NCBI RefSeq assembly: GCF_009914755.1
Contig: NC_060927.1
Reading direction: 5' to 3' (one strand)
DNA: 64,000 nucleotides
Origin: the human T2T-CHM13v2.0 reference genome, Homo sapiens
The position numbers were made by a program, and so were the translations under genes. The stretch's first letter is position 1, and every line of letters begins with the position of its first letter. Shown here piece by piece: positions 55,004 to 64,000 of this stretch. A model generated the notes under the pieces. That model was not told the DNA's origin. It worked only from the letters and a program-made list of their open reading frames with translations, and did not search any database.

Positions 55004-56679
55004 TATGCCTTAATTGATTAATAGTTTGAGGAGCAGCAACCCTGAGGCAGCTTTCTAGCAATTAATCCTGAAAGCAGATATCTAATGTACTATGTGTTTT
55101 TCTGGTTCACATCCAGCCCTCAGAGTCTTCTTTGTCCTTCAGAGATCTTATTTAAAAAGAATGTTTGGGGTTTCTGTTAATCATGAGATTATACAATAAA
55201 CCAAATATAGTAAAATAAGCTACAAATTTGGGATAAAGAAAAATAGTATAAACTGTAGCTGATAGCACCATATCCAAAATCAATCATGAAGAGAGATATA
55301 CACAAGTACATTTAAAAACACTTGAATTTCCCACTGTAGATGCATGAAATATCAAAGTGTGACTACTTAATATTAATAGAAACCACAGATTTCTGCCTCT
55401 GCTCAAGAAAAAGTAGGTGGCTTTGTGCATAGTAGAAAGTATGATGATGAGCAGGTAGCAATTGTTTGCTTTACCTTGGTGTTTCAGGGTTTTTGTGTTG
55501 TGCTTTTCTGTTGTTGTCTTTTGTTTTTTAAGTCATGAAATTAAGGATGTTTTATGTACATTTTGAGACACAAGAACATATCAAAGTGTTCTATTTTCAA
55601 GATGAGATGTTCAGGACATATTTATTTTGATGACGATAGTCTCCAACTTGGTTAGATAACCAAATGGAAAATCACTGTATGCCCGAGAAGTTACAAATCT
55701 ATGATATGTAAAGGATATGTAAGCCTCATGGATTGAGAAATAAAGGAATAAAAAATGTGGGTTTTGGCTGAAATAGACAGAGAATAATTGTCACAAAAAA
55801 TGTCAGGGCTAGTGGTAGGACACCATATTGGAAAAATACTCCAAATGTCAACACATAAGTTGGAGAGGAAAAGATTTTTTTTTTCATATTATTAAGTAAA
55901 AATAATACTACAGGGATAATAAAATGTATTATAGGCATGTGAAATCTTTGCTTTTTTATTTAATGTGGAGTACATATTATATGAGAAAACAAAGCCATAT
56001 ATTTTTCATATGTCTGTTAAGAGAAATTTCCCACAAATAAGGCAATTTGGGAATGCTTTTGAGGAAATGATACCTGCATTAATTTCCCATTGCTGCTGTA
56101 ACTCATTACTACAAATTCAGTGGCTTAACACAACATAAATGTATAATCTTATAGTTCTGGTGGTAAGAAGCCTTAAAAATGAGTCTGCAGGTCTGCATTC
56201 CTCTACAGGAGGATCTAGGGGAGAATTTGTTTCCTTACCTTTTCTAACTTCTAGAGGTTTCCTTCTTTCTTTGCTTTGTGGTCCCTGCCTCCTCCTTCAA
56301 AACCAGCGATTTTGAACATAACATCTTTTCTTCCCAGTGACATCTGCTTCTGTTCTTTTATCTGTTCTCTCTGACTGTTAGTAAGGATCCTTGTTGTTAA
56401 GTTAACTTAAATGTGACTTGAGTCTGCTTCTATACCTTAAGTCCCTATGTAGCAAACTGCAACATAACTCAGGAGTATAATAACAGCTGATTTCAGCCAA
56501 TAATTATTAGTCATATTTCAGGCAATTACGAGCAGCCAACTCAAAACATCATGCCCAAATAAGGCAAAAGCCTAGCTGATGCCAATCAGGTGATTATTCC
56601 ACTTTTCTTCTATAAAAGCTTGCTTGCAGAGCACTGAACCTCCACTGGTTTAACGTGCTGTTCAATTTATGAATGCCTC

Positions 56680-57227
56680 TGTATTAGTCTGTTCTTGCAG
56701 GGGTACAAAGAAATACCTGAGGATGGGTAATTCATAAAGAAAAGAGGTTAAATTGGCTCATGGTTCTGTAGGCTTTACAGAAAGCATGGTGCTAGCATCT
56801 GCTTCTGGTGAGGACTCCAGGAAGCTCACAATTATGGCAAAAGACAAAGGGGGATAAAGAGTCTTACATGATGAGAGAAGGAGCAAGGAGGTGGGGGAGA
56901 GCCACACATTTTTTTTTCCTTTGTGGACTTTTTTTTACTTTATTTTATTCTTATAATTTTTTTAACTTTAAGTTCCAGGGTACAAGTGCCTAACGTGTAG
57001 CCTTGATACATAGGTATGTGTTTGCAGGGTGCATGCAGGGCTTAAAGCCACACACTTTTAAAGAACCAGATCTCAGGAGAGCTCACTTGTCACCAAAGGT
57101 CTGGCACTAAGCCATTCATGCGGATGCATCCCCATGATCCAATCACCTACCACAAGGCTTCACCTGCAACATTGGGAATCACCTTTCAACATGAGATTTA
57201 GAGGGAGCGAATATCCAAACCATAGCA
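56680..57227 (-). mobile_element. MSTB-type MaLR solo LTR, split by an L1 tail
   Basis: tgtattagtctgttcttgca...aagcatggtgctagcatctgcttctggtgagg...atccaaaccatagca. Confidence 0.9.
56909..57045 (-). mobile_element. Very short L1PA 3' terminus with complex A-tail
   Basis: taactttaagttccagggtacaagtg...tacataggtatgtgt; TSD agccacaca at 56900-56908 and 57046-57054. Confidence 0.8.
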
Positions 57228-57494
57228 GCTTGTTTGCCCAAATAAACTCTACTAAATTGAATTTATGTAACATTTTTCTTATAACATTGTGATTAAATGA
57301 GGTCAATTTGGCTAACCCAGGATAATCTCCCTATCACAAAATTCTTCATTTTATCATGTAAGGTGATATATTCACAGATTATGGAAATCAGAACATGGAC
57401 ATCCTTGGGGGGATGCTGCTCAGCATACCGTAATATTTCAGTTAAAATTGGAAGGGAAAGAAGGAGCCAGTCACATGAAAACTGGAAAGGATCC

Positions 57495-57950
57495 TGTCTT
57501 ACTCTGGAATCCCTAGGAAGCAGATCCTCAGTGAAAGACTTGATGGCAGCCGGCTATTTTGGGAAGTGATATGAGAAACTAAAAGTGAGAATATAAAATG
57601 ATATTTGAGATGATGATGAAAGAATAATCGATAAAGAGTGGGCTAATAAACAAATTATTAATATGAGCAACTGGTTCAGTCCTACTGGGAATTCTTTGTG
57701 CAGCACATCTCAGAATTTTACTGGTGGAATATGGAGAGTCTGGGCCTAGCATAATCCTGTGTATACAGGTTAATCAAGCTCCCAAGTTTCTCCAGAGAGC
57801 TATTAGGCAGTCCAGAAGTGATGCAAGAAGGAGAGAGAGAGGCAAGGATGTTTGACATGGGAGGCTGTTGGTTCTCCAGAGCTGCACTGTGGAATCACAG
57901 GAAGTTGACTGGATATATTTTAAAAAACAACAATAGTATTTGTTATAGAT
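57495..57950 (-). mobile_element. LTR16-like ERVL LTR
   Basis: tgtcttactctggaatccctaggaagcagatcctcag...tattttgggaagtgat. Confidence 0.55.
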
Positions 57951-58294
57951 TGCAACAATATTAAAAAATTATGAGACACACCCAAAACATTCAAAGGTCT
58001 TATGATATGATATAGTACAAGAAAAATGTATTGTGTAATTACAGAACAATAAAGCATTATAGTGCATTATGTGATTTGGAGCAAATATGCAGTATTGGAG
58101 AAAACAAAAACAAAAACAAAAAACAGAATCTACCAGAGCAGTAAGTTTAGTATGAAATAGTCAGTTAATGCTATATTGTAGGTTGACTTATAGACCTGTA
58201 TGACTTGTAAAAAGAATTTCGATAGTCCAAAGAAGAAATATTTGTTAAGGTAGAATAAACAGCTTAAAGCAATTTTTAAAAAAGTATTATTATA

Positions 58295-58740
<446 letters not shown>

Positions 58741-58759
58741 TTATTTGGTTACCTTATTT

Positions 58760-58885
58760 AATCATTCAAAAATATTTATTAAATGTCTAACATGTGTTAC
58801 TCGTTATTTCAGATGCTGGGGTTCTAAGTGTTCTAGCATTGAATGGAACAGTGAAAATAACTAGTCCTCATGCAGTTTCCATACT
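58760..58885 (-). mobile_element. L2 3' fragment
   Basis: cattcaaaaatatttattaaatgtctaacatgtg...gatgctgggg...tcctcatgcagtttcca. Confidence 0.65.
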
Positions 58886-59813
58886 TGATATGTCTATAAC
58901 ATTTTATTATTAAAAGATAAAATATATTCATATATCATATAAAGTTTATCTTCATACATAAAATTTATAACATAAATAATAAATATATTGAAGGATGAAT
59001 GACATAATCAAAGCATATAAAATTTTTGTTTTCCACCATCCTTTTAAAATATATTCAGTATGGAGTGTTTTTCTCTCTTAACCAGATAAAACTTCTTCAG
59101 ATACATAACTTATTTTGTCATTCTCTTAAAGTATTTGAGACTATTTAGATTCTAAATACAGTTCCATTTTTGTATTCAGCATTTCCATCTAATTCAATTG
59201 TCGAATTTGACTTTATTCACAGAAATGGCACTTAAGCTTAGACTATGTAAGTGTATCAGCTGGGGACAGGCATTGGCACCTTGTCCCTTTCATAAATAAA
59301 GATTTTGACGGTTAGAATCACAGTCATCATCATCATCCCTCTCCCTTTCTCAATACAACTGCTTCTCTCATTTGCTGCTCATTAGCTATAGTTTATGACA
59401 CTCCCAGAGTCAATCTGATAGGAGAGAGAGGCCAGATGCCATGCGATGAGTACCCCTGCATACACACGTACGTGCACACAACTAACTGGGCACCTCATTC
59501 TTCCTCAAAAATAAATAATAATAATTTAGAAGGTTCATTTCCACGTCTTCCATTTTTCCTGTTCAGAAACAACTCCTACAGAATTTTGATGGGACTCTTT
59601 CCCTTACGGGTAACTTAGAAAAAAATTTAGTGAGAGAAACTATAGCCCACTCCACTACAGTTATTCTTGAGGCCACAATGTAAATACATCATCTCCCCAA
59701 AACTAGGAGATATTAAGTCAAAAGTGTAATAACATTATCAACCTAATAGCAAGATGAATTTATTAAAATAATGTCAGGACTTTGTTTTTAATGACACAAT
59801 ATGATCAGATATT

Positions 59814-59960
59814 TAGTTGGTACTGATGGCATTTGTTGATATATGTGTAGAAGAGTTTTATATAGTTGGTACTGATGGTATTTGTTGATATATGTGTAGA
59901 GGAGTTTTGTATAGTTGGTACTGATGGTATTTGTCTATAGATGTGTAAGGAGGTTTTAAA
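59814..59960. repeat. 49-bp minisatellite, ~3 copies
   Basis: Units start at 59814, 59863 and 59912 (tagttggtactgatggtatttgttgatatatgtgtagaggagttttata). Confidence 0.95.
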
Positions 59961-60583
59961 TATTTCCTTTACTCTTTGAAAGTTTGATAATTATAGTCTC
60001 TGGAATAAACTTATGTAGGCATATTAACAGGAGAAAAAGCATTCACATTTATTATGAACATAGGCAAGGGAGCCTCACAAAATACAAGACTCAAAGAAAG
60101 GCCAGATGACCGGCATTCTTATAGCATGGGAAGAGGGACTTGGAATCTCTGGAAAGAGGTGGCAACAAATTATGGGAGGGCGACAGGAGGAGATGTATGG
60201 CTGAAAAATGTTACCTTGTTATGTAGACAAAATCTCCCAGGTATTAAATGTTATTTCAAGGAAGAACTGTCAAAAGAATAGATACTAGCTTTGGAAAACG
60301 TCTATCTGGGAAACATACTGACCTTCAATTACCTTTCCCATGATTTTGTTCATCTTCCCTGGTTGATGAGATTCCATGGAGAGGACAAAAGTGCTCCTTT
60401 TGAAGAATCTATCTCTAGACAGATAAGGGAAGTTTTGGAAGATCATCTCCCTGCTCTGCAAGGGAAGAAGATAGGTGAGAGGAAGTCAAGAGAAGGGTGG
60501 GCAGATTTTGCTTCTCCTTTGGTTCAAAGCCCTCAATATGTCAAAGTGCCAAACTTTGGGATATTGTTTTCTGAACCCATACA
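59944..60583 (-). mobile_element. MER34/MER39-group ERV1 solo LTR
   Basis: Terminus tcaaagtgccaaactttgggatattgttttctgaacccataca; attaacaggagaaaaagcatt near the other end. Confidence 0.72.
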
Positions 60584-61165
60584 CACCCACCAACTGCGTT
60601 TCAACCCTTTCAAACTCAGCATATACAAATGTAAACCTAATATTACATATAAACATACTGATGAGTCTTGTCAGAGCACCTGCATAAAGTAATGAATGTG
60701 AAGCACTCACATTAAAAAACCAATGTAGTCTCACTGTGGCATATATAATAACTGCATATTTCTGATTGTGCACTTATATCTTGAAATTTTGCGGCCTCAA
60801 ATTTCACATTAAATAAAATGGCTCAGCCACTGTTATAATACCTTAAAACAAATATATTACTATTCTCTGTAAAGACAAGCACAGTTTATTGTAGATGCCA
60901 AACCTTTATTACTTTTCTGGCTAAAGGCAGAAAGACTCAGAGAGTGTATCTAAATTCAATTATACTGAAAATGGAGAGTATATAAAGCAAGTGTGGCAAC
61001 CCACTGTCTACAGTACCCCAGAGTAACCAAGAGATATTGAAATTACTAGATCATATCAAACCTAAATAATATATATATATATACACTAATATATATATAT
61101 ATACACACAAATATATATATATATTTGAAAATCGACATTGAAATGGAAACATGCAACACAGGTAA

Positions 61166-61485
<320 letters not shown>

Positions 61486-61505
61486 TAAAGAAAAAATGAG
61501 GATGG

Positions 61506-61929
61506 TGACTTTGTTTTCTATTGCTTCTAACATAATACCAGGAAGCAGGTAATTTATAAAGAAAATGAATTGATTTCTTTCCGTTGTGGAGGCTAAGCAG
61601 TCCAAGGTCAGGGAGGGGCCACATCTGATGATAGCTATCTTGCTACTGGAGACTCTGGGTGCCCTGAGTTGGTGCAGGGTATTAGATGGTGAGATGGCTG
61701 AGCGAGTTTGCTCAGGTCCCTCTTTCTCAGCTTATAAACCCCCAGTCCTGCTCTCATGATAATCCATTAATACATTAATCTCTTAATTCATAGATGAATG
61801 AATCCATTCGTGAAGGCAACCTCCAGATGACTTAATCAACTCCTAAAGGCTCTAGCTATTCAATACTGCTACATTGGGAATTAAATTTCACCATGAGTTC
61901 TGGAGGGAACTTATATTTAAACCATAGCA
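61506..61929 (-). mobile_element. MSTC-like MaLR solo LTR
   Basis: ggtaatttataaagaaaatgaatt...gggccacatctg...ccattaatacattaat...aaaccatagca. Confidence 0.85.
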
Positions 61930-62495
61930 GTTACATAAGTTGTTTTGACACAAATATCTTTGGCTACCACAATCAATAACAAGGGTGTGTTACTTCGAAG
62001 TTTGACATTCAGTTGCTGGGCAAAAGTCTTCCCAGAAGGTTTTTTTTTTTTTTTTTTTTTTTGTAAGGTTGTGGTGGACTTTGTGCAAGGTTGTGTTTTT
62101 CACTGAGTTTTTATGATAGTTCTCTTATCAGGTATGTGTGCATGAGAACCGTCTCTCCATGGCATTTTCTGGTTCCATTTGTCATGGTGTGAAACACAGG
62201 TGACTCTATTTTGTTTCTGACAGCTTTCACAGTCACAGGGTTTACCCACGTAGACAGAAAGGGAATGACCTAAAATGGAGCTTGGCTCCCAAATGATTTT
62301 CCTCAATCTCACCATTTGTTTCCAGAATAAGGAAAAAAAAAAAAAAAAGGTATGGTTTTGCCAAAGGAAAGAAAGCTCCTTTCTTCGCTCAACTAATACT
62401 AATTGCTCTCCCTGTTTTCCTCTCTTTCTGATCTTATCAGAGGCAGACAAAAACTAATTTAAGAAATCTTGTGCCAGGACCTACTCATACTCTAG

Positions 62496-62615
62496 GCAGA
62501 GGTTCTTAAAGTTCACTGCACAATAAAATCTATTAGTGCCGTACTAAATTATACCAATTATCCGCCCTTACTCCTCCTTGTTAAATCTTCTGAGGTGGAT
62601 TTCCAGCAAAAGTAA
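62496..62615 (+). mobile_element. MER5A-like hAT fragment
   Basis: cagaggttcttaaagttcactgcacaataaaatc. Confidence 0.5.
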
Positions 62616-63496
62616 TTTTTTTATTGATAAAAAATAATTGTACTTATTTATGGGATAACTGCGATCTTTGATACATGTATACAATGTGTAATGGTCAAAT
62701 CAGGGTACTTAGGGTGTTCATCATCTCAAACATTTACCATTTTATGTGTTGGAAATATTTCAAATCTTCCTTTCTAGCTATTTTGAAATATGCATTACAA
62801 TATTGTTAACACTAATTACTCTACTGTGCTATTGAACACTAGAACTTACTTTTTCTATGTAATCCAGCTCTCTTTAGACCTCAAAATCTTCCAAGCCACT
62901 GGTAACCATCCTATTTCATTTAGCATAATGTCCACCAATTTTACTGATGTTTCTGCAAATGACAAAATTTCATCTCTTTTATGGCTGTATAAGATTCCAT
63001 TGTGTATATATACCACATTTTCTTTGTCCATGCATCTGTTAATGAACACTTCGGTTGATTCACTACTTTGGCTATTGAAAATAGTGCCACAATAAATATG
63101 AAGGTGAAACTGTCTCTTCAATATACAGATATCTCTTTTTTTTTAGAATATATACCCAGTAGTAGGATTGCTGGATCACAGGGGTATATATGTTTAGTTT
63201 TTGGAGCAATTTCAATACACTGTGTTGCAATGGCTGTACTAATTTACATTCCTACCAACCGTGTACCAGTGTTTCCCTTTCTCTATGTCCTTGCCAGCAT
63301 GCGTTATTTTTTGTCCTTTTGATAATAATAATAGCCATTTGAACTGGAGTGAGATGATATCTCATTTTGATTTGTATTTGCTTGATGATTATGATGTTGA
63401 GCAATTTTTCTTATACTTTTTGGTCATTTGTATATCTTCTTTTATAAAATCTCTACTCAGGTCAATTTTTTGTTTTAAAATTATGTTTATATACAT

Positions 63497-63556
<60 letters not shown>

Positions 63557-64000
63557 CTATTGAGTAGTTTGAGTTTATATATTCTGGATATTAACTCCTT
63601 GTCAGATGTAGAGTTGGCAAATATTTTCTTTAATTCCATAGGTTGTCTCTTCAGTCTGCTGTTTCCTTTGCTGTTCAGTGCATTTTAGCTGATGTAATTC
63701 CATTTGCCTACTTTTGCTTTTGTTGCCTATGCTTTGAGATCTTATCCCCAAAATAATTACCCAGACCAACGTCCACTAGAATTTCCTCTATGTTTCCTTC
63801 TAGTAGTTTATATTTTCAGGTGTTGGATTTAAGGCTTCATTCCATTCTGAGTTGTTTTTCATATAAGGTCAGAGATAAAGGTCTAATTTTTGTAGACCCC
63901 TTCTGTATATGGATATTCAATTTTCCCAGCACCATTTAATGAATAAAGTATTCTTTCCCCATGGTATGTTCTTGGAGGCTCTGTTAAAAAACAGTTGGCT
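62616..64000 (-). mobile_element. L1MA (MA3/MA4-like) 3' end, running off the window; contains (CA)n(TA)n at 63488-63555
   Basis: aataattgtacttattttatgggata...caatgtgtaatggtcaaatcagggta; antisense ORF2 C-terminus. Confidence 0.9.

Larger units (their letters stand above)
56395..57286 (+). mobile_element. MER57-like ERV1 solo LTR, split by MSTB
   Basis: tgttaag...cccaaataaggcaaa...gccaatcagg...aataaactctactaaattgaattt...ataaca; 4-bp TSD ttgt at 56391-56394 and 57287-57290. Confidence 0.78.
56075..57432 (-). mobile_element. MLT1C/D-type MaLR LTR (outermost of the nested stack)
   Basis: tgctgctgtaactcattactacaaattcagtggcttaacacaac...aaggatccttgt | gattaaatg...acatggacatccttgggggg. Confidence 0.85.

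Noticed and set aside
59814-59960. CRISPR-like array
   Set aside because: Units are contiguous with no unique spacers, there are no cas genes, and the context is eukaryotic.
60054-60773. Cluster of 70-133-aa ORFs
   Set aside because: They lie largely within an ERV1 LTR and have no protein motifs.

Overview
This is primate (very likely human or great-ape) nuclear DNA: AT-rich, CpG-depleted, intergenic or deep-intronic, and dominated by transposable elements. I can support no protein-coding gene, RNA gene, CRISPR array or prokaryote-type system. The ORFs in the track are Alu, L1 or HERVL remnants, or chance frames in AT-rich DNA. The window holds about a dozen Alus (J, S and Y types), L1s of many ages (including one full-length L1PA10-PA13-like copy at 28.8-37.6 kb), MaLR, ERVL and ERV1 LTRs, MER30 and MER5 DNA transposons, MIR and L2 relics, and simple repeats. 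The most informative structures are retrotransposition and repair scars. (1) A tiny twin-primed L1PA with an apparent 3' transduction at 10.5-10.8 kb. (2) Two further twin-primed inverted L1s. (3) An L1 with an internally templated ~80-bp duplication. (4) A cluster of templated-insertion, snap-back and tandem-duplication scars at 11.9-13.1 kb. (5) A HERVL provirus deleted to 10 bp of its 5' LTR, next to an MLT2A1 solo LTR that retains DUX4-type motifs, TATA and a splice donor. (6) A four-level nested element stack at 56-57.4 kb. (7) A 49-bp minisatellite that arose at an LTR boundary. A few repeat-free blocks look like candidate enhancers, a CTCF site or a non-coding exon. I found nothing I can honestly call a new biological system. 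Repeat subfamily names come from recalled consensus sequences and need RepeatMasker/Dfam confirmation.
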